A stretch of DNA of 64,000 nucleotides from Candidatus Acidiferrales bacterium (GTDB lineage Bacteria > Acidobacteriota > Terriglobia > Acidiferrales > UBA7541): assembly GCA_035763605.1 (NCBI GenBank), contig DASUAV010000174.1:15994-79993 (forward strand), written 5' to 3'. Under the pieces are notes generated by a model. The model was not told the DNA's origin and made no database searches. It saw only the letters and a program-made list of their open reading frames with translations. Of the stretch, positions 1 to 9,300 are shown in pieces. Within the stretch, counting starts at the first letter, position 1. Every line of letters starts with the position of its first letter. A program made the translations under genes and the position numbers.

Positions 1-380
1 CCCACATTTTGCGCGCCGCTGGAAATGAGCAGCTCGACGCAGCGTCGGAGGTAATCCGGCGCTATGCGCGCATGCGCGTCCACGCGGCAAATGACTTCGC
101 CGGAAGCGACTCGGATAGCGAGGTTCAGGGCTACGGGCGTGATTCGCCGATCGTTAAGCAAGGGGATAATCAGCGGAAACTGGCCAACGTAAATCTTGAT
201 GATTTCCCAGGTCGCATCGGAACTCATTCCATCAACCGCGATGATTTCGAGGCGGTCAACGGGGTAGTCGTTTTGCAGAATGGAATCGAGACATGCGGCG
301 ATGAAGCGCTCTTCATTTCTGCATGGAACAATCACGGTGAGTTTTGGCAAACGCGGCGGCGATGAGGAATTTGGGTTCAT
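1..380 (-). CDS. glycosyltransferase family 2 (N-terminal part; gene continues beyond window start)
   Basis: Absent from the ORF track because it runs off the window. My minus-strand translation from ATG 380 reads MNPNSSSPPRLPKLTVIVPCRNEERFIAACLDSILQNDYPVDRLEIIAVDGMSSDATWEII..., the GT-A/GT2 N-terminal signature (VIVPxxNE, DxxSxD). ATGA overlap with the stop of the upstream asnB-like gene. The listed + ORF 9..365 is its antisense shadow. Confidence 0.8.
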   Translation of the reverse strand, partial: MNPNSSSPPRLPKLTVIVPCRNEERFIAACLDSILQNDYPVDRLEIIAVDGMSSDATWEIIKIYVGQFPLIIPLLNDRRITPVALNLAIRVASGEVICRVDAHARIAPDYLRRCVELLISSGAQNV

Positions 381-2326
381 GAAGCGACTGTTTGCAAATC
401 GGGCTGGGCCGCCTTCGGGCGTTCCGGCGCGCGATGAAGGTGCGAGAGCCAGACGCTGGTTGCGGCCAACTTGAAGAGATCGTTTTCCGTGAGAACGCCG
501 CTTTGGGCGCGACGCGGGTTAGCGAGATAGGAGCAAATCTTCGAAACATCGAAGAACTCGGCGAGGGGAGAAGCGAGACTCGCGAGCAAGTCGATAATTG
601 GGCGAGCAAGGTCATTTGCGAACCATTGGCGCGCGGGAGTTTCGAAGCCACGTTTCTTGGTTTGCCAGCGAACCTCCGGCGGCAGCTGGCGCATGGAATT
701 TCGGAGAGCGTATTTCGTGTAACCCCTTCGGAGTTTTGTGCTGGCTGATGTAGCGAGGACAGCTTCGACGATGCGGTGATCCAAAAGTGGCAAGCGAGCT
801 TCTATGCCGGCGGACATGGAATTGCGGTCCTCCCAGTGCAGCAGAGCGGGCAAGCTGAACTGGCTCAAATCTTTCCAGAGGCGCTGATTGAGACTACCGC
901 AGTGTCCCTTATCAACATGGAGCGAGGCGCTGCGGCGAAATTCGGGAAGCGCGAATTTCCAAATGCCGCTCAAGTTCTCGCGCAAGAACTGGGGCGCGTA
1001 ACGGCGCGCATTCCTCCAGCTCCAATTCACTGAGCCATTGCGGATGGAGTAGGCGGCGAGCGACGTAGTAAGGTGCAGCCATTTTCTGCTACGAAAAAGG
1101 GTCTGCCACCAAAAGAAAAAGAATTTGCAGTAGCCGGCGAAGATCTCGTCGCCGCCCTGGCCGTTCAGCAGAACGATGGTTCCGTCGGCGCGTGCCGCTT
1201 CGAAAACCTTGCGTGAGGCAAACGTAGAAGGACCGCCGGTAGGCCCGTCCTGAAAATAGGTGAACTCCGCAAGCTGTTCCCAAAGTTCCCCAGGCTGGAG
1301 CGAAGCCTCACGATGTCGCACGCCCGCGCATTTAGCAAAACTGCGGGCGGCGAGGAGTTCGTCATCAGCGAAGCCTGGAAATCCCATCGTGTAAGCTGAA
1401 AACGAAAGCGAAGTTTTCTGCAAAGCTGCGAGAGAACAGATCGAAGTGGAATCGAGTCCGCTGGAGAGGCAAACGCCAACGGGAACATCGCTTCTGAGGC
1501 GCAAACGGACGGAGTCGGCCAGCAGGGAAGCGAGCTCTTGTTCGAGTTGCCGGTCGCGCGAATCGTCGAAGTCGTCAGCGATTTCGGCCGTCCAGTAACG
1601 ATGCGGGCCGTCCAAAGCTTCCGCCGCCAAATCGAATTCCATCCAATGCGCGGGAGGAAGCTGTCTGACGGATTCGAAAAATGTGCGGTCATCATGATCC
1701 TGCAAATAATGCAGAAAGAAATCGGCGAGGACGGGATAATCAATGCGAGCCTCGAAATCGAGCGCGAGAAATTGCTTTAATTCCGAGGCAAGCACGAAAC
1801 GGCCCGCTTGATGCATGTAATAAAGAGGCTTTTCGCCGAAACGGTCGCGAGCCATGAAGAGTTTCTTGCGGGGAGCATCCCAAATCGCGAAGGCAAACAT
1901 TCCGTTTAGGCGATTCAAGCAATTGACACCCCATTTTTGATAGGCGGCGAGGAGAACTTCCGTATCGGTGCGCGTCGAGAAGCGGTGTTCAGGCTGAAGC
2001 TGGTCGCGAAGCTCGACGTGGTTGTAGATGGCGCCATTGAAAACAATCCAACGTCCTGAATTGCGGAGGTTCATCGGCTGACGGCCCGCCTCGGAAGTAT
2101 CAAAAATTCGCAAACGGCGGCTGCCGAGGCCGAGCTGGTAATCCTGTGCAGCGCCTCTTTCTTCCCAAAATCGCCACCGATACGCAGGGCTGGACATTTC
2201 CTTTTTCGGGGCGAGACTGGCAAATCCCCAATCGTCAGGGCCGCGATGCGATGCGCTCTGCGTGCCGAACCATAGTTCATCGGGGCTTACGCCCTCGCGG
2301 GAATAAATGGCAAAGATTCCGCACAT
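377..2326 (-). CDS. asnB: asparagine synthase (glutamine-hydrolysing) family amidotransferase, EPS-locus type
   Basis: 649 aa. N-terminal MCGI supplies the Cys2 Ntn glutaminase nucleophile. GATase-II core 'LNGMFAFAIWD...LFMARDRFGEKPLYY' and PP-loop-like 'CLSSGLDSTSI' are present. Its start shares one nt with the GT9 stop (TGATG). Confidence 0.9.
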   Translation of the reverse strand: MCGIFAIYSREGVSPDELWFGTQSASHRGPDDWGFASLAPKKEMSSPAYRWRFWEERGAAQDYQLGLGSRRLRIFDTSEAGRQPMNLRNSGRWIVFNGAIYNHVELRDQLQPEHRFSTRTDTEVLLAAYQKWGVNCLNRLNGMFAFAIWDAPRKKLFMARDRFGEKPLYYMHQAGRFVLASELKQFLALDFEARIDYPVLADFFLHYLQDHDDRTFFESVRQLPPAHWMEFDLAAEALDGPHRYWTAEIADDFDDSRDRQLEQELASLLADSVRLRLRSDVPVGVCLSSGLDSTSICSLAALQKTSLSFSAYTMGFPGFADDELLAARSFAKCAGVRHREASLQPGELWEQLAEFTYFQDGPTGGPSTFASRKVFEAARADGTIVLLNGQGGDEIFAGYCKFFFFWWQTLFRSRKWLHLTTSLAAYSIRNGSVNWSWRNARRYAPQFLRENLSGIWKFALPEFRRSASLHVDKGHCGSLNQRLWKDLSQFSLPALLHWEDRNSMSAGIEARLPLLDHRIVEAVLATSASTKLRRGYTKYALRNSMRQLPPEVRWQTKKRGFETPARQWFANDLARPIIDLLASLASPLAEFFDVSKICSYLANPRRAQSGVLTENDLFKLAATSVWLSHLHRAPERPKAAQPDLQTVAS

Positions 2327-3417
2327 CAGCGGTTGGATACCTCGAATGATTCAATGTCGGTGCGGACACTGAATTCTCTCTGCTCGTTCGGACTGCCAAT
2401 GAGGCGCACGGCAGCCTCGAAGACGGTTTCAGGCGAGATTGAGCCAATGCATTGGCAACCGTTCCATCTGCCGCGAAAGCATGGGTGGCAAGCTGCTTGT
2501 GGACAAATGGCAATTCCACGATTGTGACGCGGGGCGCGTCGCGAGGCGGAGGTCGGGCCGAAAATGCTAATCGTGGGCACGCCCAGCGCCGCCGCGATGT
2601 GCATCAGGCCGGTATCGCCTGACACAAACAGATCACAGCGGCTGAGCATCGCCATTGTCTCGCGAAGATTCCATTTACCGGCGCCTTCGAGCCAGGGCAC
2701 GTCGCCCGCATGTATTCGCGCGTGCTGCGCATCCGCCAGTTCGTTGTCCGCGCCAAAGCTGATGACATGCAGTCCCGGCAAGTAGCCGCCTATTCGCCGC
2801 AGGAGTTCGCCGAAATTCTCCGTCGGCCATCTTTTGTCCGGCACCACCGACGAGCAATGCACGCCAACGATGAGATCGGAGGCGCTGAATCCCGTTTTCA
2901 TCAGAGCAGCACCCGCCCATTCGATTTCGCGCGCGATCAAGTGAATATGCGGAGGCGGAAGAGGAACGCGTATGCCCAGAGCGACCGCGATTTCATCAAG
3001 CGCGCCGGACCACGGCGTCGTCCAGCTTTGTTGCACCGAATGCGTTAGAAATCGAGCCAGTGAAGGAGACGCTTCGCCGAAAACATATCGCGCGCCAACG
3101 GCGTATTTCAGCAGCAGCAACTTTGCGGCGGAAATTTCAGGCGCGGAAACGATAACGTCGACTTTGCCCGCGAGTTGTCTCCAGAGTTTCAGCGGAGGAC
3201 ATTGGTGTTCCAAGCCATCGTGTACAAAGAGCGGAACGAGCGACAGATTTTCCTCGCGGAGCAGCTCGAATTGCTGCAATGAAGCAAGCAGCAAGTACAC
3301 GGGCCAGCGGTTTTCGGCCAACTCGCAAATCGAGCGCAGCAATGGAAGCGTCTGAACGAGATCGCCGAGGCCTTGCGTCGCAACAAAAAGCAAACTGCGG
3401 GCAGGTCGGACGGACAT
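2326..3417 (-). CDS. glycosyltransferase family 9 (heptosyltransferase-like)
   Basis: The longest ORF starts at TTG 3447; the first ATG is 3417 (MSVRPARSLLFVATQGLGDLVQTLPLL). C-terminal 'GDTGLMHIAAALGVPTISIFGPT' is the typical GT9 nucleotide-sugar binding block. Confidence 0.8.
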   Translation of the reverse strand: MSVRPARSLLFVATQGLGDLVQTLPLLRSICELAENRWPVYLLLASLQQFELLREENLSLVPLFVHDGLEHQCPPLKLWRQLAGKVDVIVSAPEISAAKLLLLKYAVGARYVFGEASPSLARFLTHSVQQSWTTPWSGALDEIAVALGIRVPLPPPHIHLIAREIEWAGAALMKTGFSASDLIVGVHCSSVVPDKRWPTENFGELLRRIGGYLPGLHVISFGADNELADAQHARIHAGDVPWLEGAGKWNLRETMAMLSRCDLFVSGDTGLMHIAAALGVPTISIFGPTSASRRAPRHNRGIAICPQAACHPCFRGRWNGCQCIGSISPETVFEAAVRLIGSPNEQREFSVRTDIESFEVSNR

Positions 3418-3443
3418 GCCTGCAAGAAATTGGTCAGCGGGAG

Positions 3444-4850
3444 TCAATCAGCTTCCGATTTCACAGCATTGGTTTTCGCAAGCTCAACGCCGCCACGCTG
3501 AACATTGACTGCCGCGAAGACAGGATGCAAAGGCAAACGTAGCGTAAGCAGGTCTGCCGTAAAGAGAAGCAACTGCGCCGCAGCCACTACGCCGAACACC
3601 AGAAAAAGCGTGTACAGAATTCCAAGCGTGCCTTCTTCGGCGGAGAAGCCTCCAAAAAGAACAAACATAATGTAGCCGCAATGCACAGCAATGGACTGCG
3701 CCGAGGCCGCGAAGCGTCGAAATATGCCGAGGAAAGCGCCCGCGAGAGCAAGATAAGCAATCAGACTCACAACACCTCGGTCAGCCATCGCGGAACCCAT
3801 CAACATGGGCGCGGGAGTTTCTTCCTCGAAGGTGTGGAAATCCGAGTAGATCATGTAGCCCAGACCGCGAAAGGGATGGTCCGGTTTTTGCGGATAAAGG
3901 AATCGTGGAATCCAACTGACCAGCGAATACACGCCGACTTTGTAGTTGCGGAAGAGCGCGCGGTTGCCGGACAGCGAATTCACAAATTGGCAGTATCCGC
4001 GATACAGGCCGTCATCGCTCCAGCGCATCGCGGTGGCTGCGCCGGCTTCAGTAATCATTTGCGCGAAGCTGCGACGACTCGATGCGCCATCGCCTTGGTT
4101 CGGCAAAATCCAGAATTTCGCGCCGACGCCGAAAAAAGCAAGAAGAAGGAGCACTGCTGCGATTCGCAGGCGGCACAATTTCCTGAAGAGCGTTCGGTTA
4201 TACACATAGAGCACGAGCGCGCCCCAAATCACCGGCTCTTCCAGCCCGCCCTTGTTTGTGCGAAGGAAAAAAGACACAAACATCATAAGCGACAGGACGA
4301 ACACAAAGCGCTTCATCTGGTTTTGCATCGCAGGGAGCGTAAGCGCCAGGCCAAATACCGCTATATCCGCGCCTCGGTACCAGAATCCGCCGAACGGGAG
4401 CGCCTGATCGCGGAAAAGATTCAACGCCGAATAAAAGCTCGCGCCGGAAAATGCGCCAACGAGCCAAAGCGCGATGAGCGTGAGAATTCCGCCGAGCGCG
4501 GCGATGGCCAGCCCCAGATTTTTCAGCTTCGAGAGTTGGCGAGCATCGAGTTCGCGTGAGAGTGTCCTGGGCCTGCCGTCAACAATTTCTAGCGCGACGA
4601 AGAGGACAAGCAGGCCAAGAATTTCCAGGGCGGTAGGGTAAAGGCGAAAAGCAAATTCCCGGTAACCAAGCGGAAGCGCGTCCGGCGAAAAAATAAAATG
4701 AAAAAGCAACGCGCTGCTATCGCTGGCCGCCGCAACGCCCAGATACGCAAGGCACAGGCCTTCCGCCGAGGCAATGTCGCGCCGGCGAATCATTACGCAA
4801 ATGAGAACCACATTTACCGCGGAAAGCAGAATGAATTCGACGATGCTCAT
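3444..4850 (-). CDS. polytopic membrane protein, possible Wzy-type repeat-unit polymerase
   Basis: 468 aa with many hydrophobic segments and one larger loop. No catalytic motif recognised, so the function is inferred from position among GT and flippase genes. ATGA overlap with the upstream gene. Confidence 0.5.
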   Translation of the reverse strand: MSIVEFILLSAVNVVLICVMIRRRDIASAEGLCLAYLGVAAASDSSALLFHFIFSPDALPLGYREFAFRLYPTALEILGLLVLFVALEIVDGRPRTLSRELDARQLSKLKNLGLAIAALGGILTLIALWLVGAFSGASFYSALNLFRDQALPFGGFWYRGADIAVFGLALTLPAMQNQMKRFVFVLSLMMFVSFFLRTNKGGLEEPVIWGALVLYVYNRTLFRKLCRLRIAAVLLLLAFFGVGAKFWILPNQGDGASSRRSFAQMITEAGAATAMRWSDDGLYRGYCQFVNSLSGNRALFRNYKVGVYSLVSWIPRFLYPQKPDHPFRGLGYMIYSDFHTFEEETPAPMLMGSAMADRGVVSLIAYLALAGAFLGIFRRFAASAQSIAVHCGYIMFVLFGGFSAEEGTLGILYTLFLVFGVVAAAQLLLFTADLLTLRLPLHPVFAAVNVQRGGVELAKTNAVKSEAD

Positions 4851-6328
4851 GCGTTAACGGGGATACGTTCGAGCGCGACATGCCCCGGAGCTTGTGAACG
4901 AAGCTCGTAAACAATGGCATCGGCGACTTTGTCCACATTATCTTTTTTCATGATCTCCGGCTGCCGAATGGGGTCGCCCCACTGCAGGCTGTGAGCGGTG
5001 GCGAGAAAAGCGACGACAAATTTCAATAGTCGCTCATGATCGGGCGCAAAGCCGTGCAGCGCCCGCGAAAGCGTCGCGGGCGGATCCGTAAGCGCTTCGC
5101 AAGAATAAGTCAGGCCGCTAAATCCGTAATACAAAGGCCCAAACGCGATAACCGGCTTCTCATAGAGAATCGCTTCCCACGCGCTGCTGCCGGTAATCGT
5201 AAGCACGGCAGCGGACTGGCGGATCAATTCGTGGCTGTCCATGGAAGGCGAGAGCAGCCGCACATTGAAGATTTTCTTGACCGCGCGGCAATCGGCGAGC
5301 GCTCGCTCGCCCTTCATTCCGGGATGCTCCTTCACGATAAGCTCGTAACCGGCAGGCAGGCTTTTGCTGATATTCTCGACGAGAGCAATCTGGTTTGTAA
5401 AGAGAGGCGCGCGCACGTCGGTGGTGAATTCCGGTTGGACATGCAGCGGAAAGTAAACAAAGGGGCTCTCCGTGCGCTTCACGTGCGCGAGGAAGGCTGT
5501 TTCAGCTACGGCGTGGCGCGCAATGCGAATGATGTCTTCGAACAAAGGCTTCCACGGCACTGTACCGTGATAAGAGCCCACTTCGAATTCACCGTCTTGA
5601 AGGTACGTTTTCAAGCGAAAGGGAATCCTGGCGATGCGACGCACGAAGCGTGCGAATTCCGGCTTCAGAGGAGAGCCCTGCGCCCAATTCAAAAATGGCG
5701 GTTTTGTTCGGGAAGCGCGGAAATTGGCGATGAATTGTTCCGCGATGATCGCTTCCTGAGAAGTAAGCCTGCGGTTCTCCAGCGCGCGAAACGCGTGTTC
5801 CATGCGCTCCCAACCGCCGTCCGGCGCGTGGAGGAAATAAAAGCGATTGGCGACAGGCGTAGCTGAGGGGATGAGATAACGAATGCCGTGCTCGCGCGCT
5901 TTCAGCCACCCAATCCACTCCGCGGCGCAGGCGACTTCGCCCAGAATAACGTCGGGCTGATAAGTAGAGAGAACCTCGACCCAAAATTCTGATATTGCGG
6001 CGACGATCGCGAGAATTTTAGAGTGCGGGTAACGAGAGATAATCCGGTCTGCGTGAATGATCGTATTGATTCGCGGTGCACCGTTCAGGCCTTCCAGTTC
6101 TTCTACTATATCGAAGGATTCTTTCGGTGTAATGGCGGGAACGCGGCGCTTGAGCCAACCGGCAAGATTGAAAATCGAAGAGAACCCTCCCGTTTTGTCG
6201 AGCAGAGCCGTGGCAGCAGTCGTGAATGAGATTGCGCTCACGTCCGCGCCAAGCCGTTCTCGCAATGAGCGAGCAATGGCCGGGAAAAAATAGCGGTACT
6301 CGCCCTTGCAAATCAGCAGGATCTTCAT
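4847..6328 (-). CDS. capsule polysaccharide biosynthesis protein family (KpsS/KpsC-like)
   Basis: 493 aa. 'FVYFPLHVQPEFTTDVRAPLF...LIVKEHPGMKG...VLTITGSSAWEAILYEKPVIAFG' resembles the Capsule_synth (KpsS/KpsC/LipB) family pattern (PLQV..D.., K.HP). Recognised from memory only. Confidence 0.55.
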   Translation of the reverse strand: MKILLICKGEYRYFFPAIARSLRERLGADVSAISFTTAATALLDKTGGFSSIFNLAGWLKRRVPAITPKESFDIVEELEGLNGAPRINTIIHADRIISRYPHSKILAIVAAISEFWVEVLSTYQPDVILGEVACAAEWIGWLKAREHGIRYLIPSATPVANRFYFLHAPDGGWERMEHAFRALENRRLTSQEAIIAEQFIANFRASRTKPPFLNWAQGSPLKPEFARFVRRIARIPFRLKTYLQDGEFEVGSYHGTVPWKPLFEDIIRIARHAVAETAFLAHVKRTESPFVYFPLHVQPEFTTDVRAPLFTNQIALVENISKSLPAGYELIVKEHPGMKGERALADCRAVKKIFNVRLLSPSMDSHELIRQSAAVLTITGSSAWEAILYEKPVIAFGPLYYGFSGLTYSCEALTDPPATLSRALHGFAPDHERLLKFVVAFLATAHSLQWGDPIRQPEIMKKDNVDKVADAIVYELRSQAPGHVALERIPVNA

Positions 6329-6337
6329 TTTTGAAAA

Positions 6338-9300
6338 TCAGGCATGGCGTTCGAATAACGCCGCGGCAAATCCCTTCAGCTCAGGCAAGGTGAAATATCC
6401 AGTGCAATACAAACAGCCGGCGAAAATGACTGCGCTTACGCCCAACAGCGAGATGTCGCGGAAAACCATCTCTGATTGGTTTCCAGCAAGCAATCCCACA
6501 ACACGGACAGCTAAAAAACAGAAGGACAGTTGAGCAAGCCGTTTCGTTTCGAATGTTTCGCGAAAGAGCTTCCAATGGATGCCGATGAGCGCGAACGAAC
6601 CGGCAGCCGTTGCGATCAACTGGCTAAACGCGGCGCCGAGAATGCCGATTCGCGGAACGAAAAACACGTCAAGCAAGATGATCGCCGCGCCGCTGAGCAG
6701 CCAGAAACAGGTGCTGGACCAGACGCGCATGCGCGTGTTCAGAATCACGACATATAGCAGAACCATAGCCATGAAGATGCCCTGAATGCCGAGCACGGCT
6801 AGCGTTGCGCTTCCGGCAGCAAACTCTGCAGGCGCTACCAGCCGCAAAACCTGCCGAGGCAGAGCCATGAGAATAGCTGCCATTCCGAATGCAAACGCGA
6901 GAACGAATTTTTGCGCGGAGCGGAACCGTTCGCGGAATGCAGGCCAATTTCGGCCATCGTAGAGCGCGGAAAGTTCCGGGAACAGGACGTCATTGATCGG
7001 TCCGGTGAGGAAGAAGACCGCCGCGGAGATAGCGAAGCAAACCGTATAGATGCCGACCTGTTTGAGCCCGAGAAAATGACTGATGACGTATTTGTCCGCG
7101 CCGAGAGAAAGTGTGGAAGCAAATACCCCGGGCAGGAGCGGCAGGCCGTATTTCGCATACTTCACAAATGTGCGGCGACTTGGTCGCTCAAGACTTATTG
7201 CGTGTTTCATCTTGAGGTAAATCATTCCTGTGCATACGCTGCAAACGCTCACGAAGACGTAAGCCGAAACGGTGCTTTCGGTATTTTTGAACCAGAGGGC
7301 GGCGGCAATGACCGCCAAAGTCTCCGGCGCGATCCTCGCGAGCGACAGCCAGGCCCACGAGCGATTGCAGCGACGCGCGCGCAGCAGATTTTTCATTTCT
7401 TCGAATAGGGAGTTGAAGAGCAGCGCGACAGCCAGAAGAGCGACGAGCCTTGTGGATTGCTTCGAGCGGAAAATCCAATAGGTCGCCTGATTTGAAAACA
7501 GAAGAAAAGCTACCCCCAAAAAAGCTCCGGCGACGCCGACCATCAGCAGCACTGTCGTGAACGCCTCGTTCACCTCCTTTTCCTGGCGCGGACCGCTAAG
7601 GAATCTCATCAGCGATGAGCCGCAATTCAGAGTGGAAATCGTTGTCGCGCTGCTGAGAGTTACCATAAAGAGCGACCACGCGCCAAACCCTGCGGGACCC
7701 AGCGCGCGCGTCAGCAACACCAACCATAGATAAGTCTGGAGCTTCTGAAACGGAACGGGCAGATTCGAGAATGCAATGTCGCGAACGAATTTGCGTTTCG
7801 CAGCGCTGCTTGCAGGGCTGGAAGCCGCTACCTCCAGTGAATCGCCTGGCAATGGCAGTATTGCGGTCGCGGCTTGCTGGTGGTTCATTAATGAATTGTT
7901 TTCTCTCAAGCTGCTGGCCGAAATCGCCGCCTCAGCTACGACTGTCCGACTCAACTGTCTGGACCAAAGCTCCAGCGCAGCCAGCCGCGAAATCAATTTG
8001 TGATCAATATCCGACTCGCCTCGCAAAAACGAGTTTCTTTGCTTTTGGAAATACTGTTCGTCCACGAATTCGAACAGCCGCGGCGCGCGCGCAAATACTG
8101 TGGGCGTTTTGAGCAGTTCGCGGAAGTAATGCCCCAGTGTTCCGCCGAGCAAAAGCGCTTCGAATGAACCATTTCGATTCGGCTTCTGCTCTCGTGTTCG
8201 GGCAGTCCCGTTCTTCGCCGATTGCGGGCGGCTGGATAAGAATCCGTGCTGCGCAAATTGATTTCGGATGATGTACTTGGGCCGGCGGTAGAAGGCACGC
8301 ATCCGATAGGGAAGATTGACGAACAGATTCACGATGCGCGAATCCAAGTATGGCATCTCGGCGTGCCCGCCGCCGAGTCGAATCGCGTGAAACACCAATC
8401 GCGTGTCGAGATGCAGCATGCACATGTCCAGGCTGAGTTCCAGCATTTCGCGGTAAAACGCCGCGGGCGTGAGCCGTGAAACGGCTGGCATCACGAAATT
8501 CGTGGCGTACCACTCCCACACGGATTCGAATCCAAGCGCGGTAAGGAGCGGAAAGCTGAGTGGCGCAGCGCCCGGCATTTCGCCGAATCCAAACACCCGG
8601 CCCGCATAGAACCGCTCCATACTGGAAAAGCCGCCCAGCAAGCTGGCAAACATGCTTGCCCCTCGCGCGCCCGCGCACGCCTGGACGGTACGCGCCAGGA
8701 GCCTTCCTGCCAAGCCGTCCTCGCGGGGAGCAATCGCGCGTAAGATCGGCATCATCCGGAGAAACAAGGGCGAGAAAAACAACCGTCTCAAGGTGTAACC
8801 GGCTGATGGCAGAGTGTAGTTATTGTCCGCGAGCGTATCGGCCATCTGCCCCGAGAATGCGCTGTAAGCGCCACCGAAATGCGATTTCAGTTCCGCCGCC
8901 ATCCGCGCGAAAAGCGGAAGCGTGGTGCGAACTCCCACCGTCCACGATCCACAGCAGGCGCTCCATTCCTCCGGCAGCGCTTCATCATTAGGATCCACAC
9001 AAATGGCGCGATGAGCGATTCCTAGCGTGGTGGAAAGCTCGCAAGCGGCCATCGTTTCATTTTCGCTTTCCGCGTGGCCGCGAACGGATGCTGTCACTGC
9101 AAGCGGGCATTGCGATCCATGCTTCGCAAGCAAGTTCGCCAGCAAAGCAGAATCAATCCCGCCCGAGAGCAAAATCCCATTCGCATGGCCGATTCTTGGC
9201 TGAATGGCAGAGTCAAGCAAGGAACTGAACTCGCGGACTGCTTTGTAGCTCGCAATCCCGCGTGATTGCGGAGAAAGACGCCAATACCGATGAGACTCGA

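Noticed and set aside
9-365. Listed + strand ORF of 118 aa at the window start
   Set aside because: The opposite strand in the same interval encodes an unmistakable GT2 N-terminus (LTVIVPCRNEERF...DGMSSD) whose ATG overlaps the asnB stop. The + ORF has no motif and is an antisense shadow.
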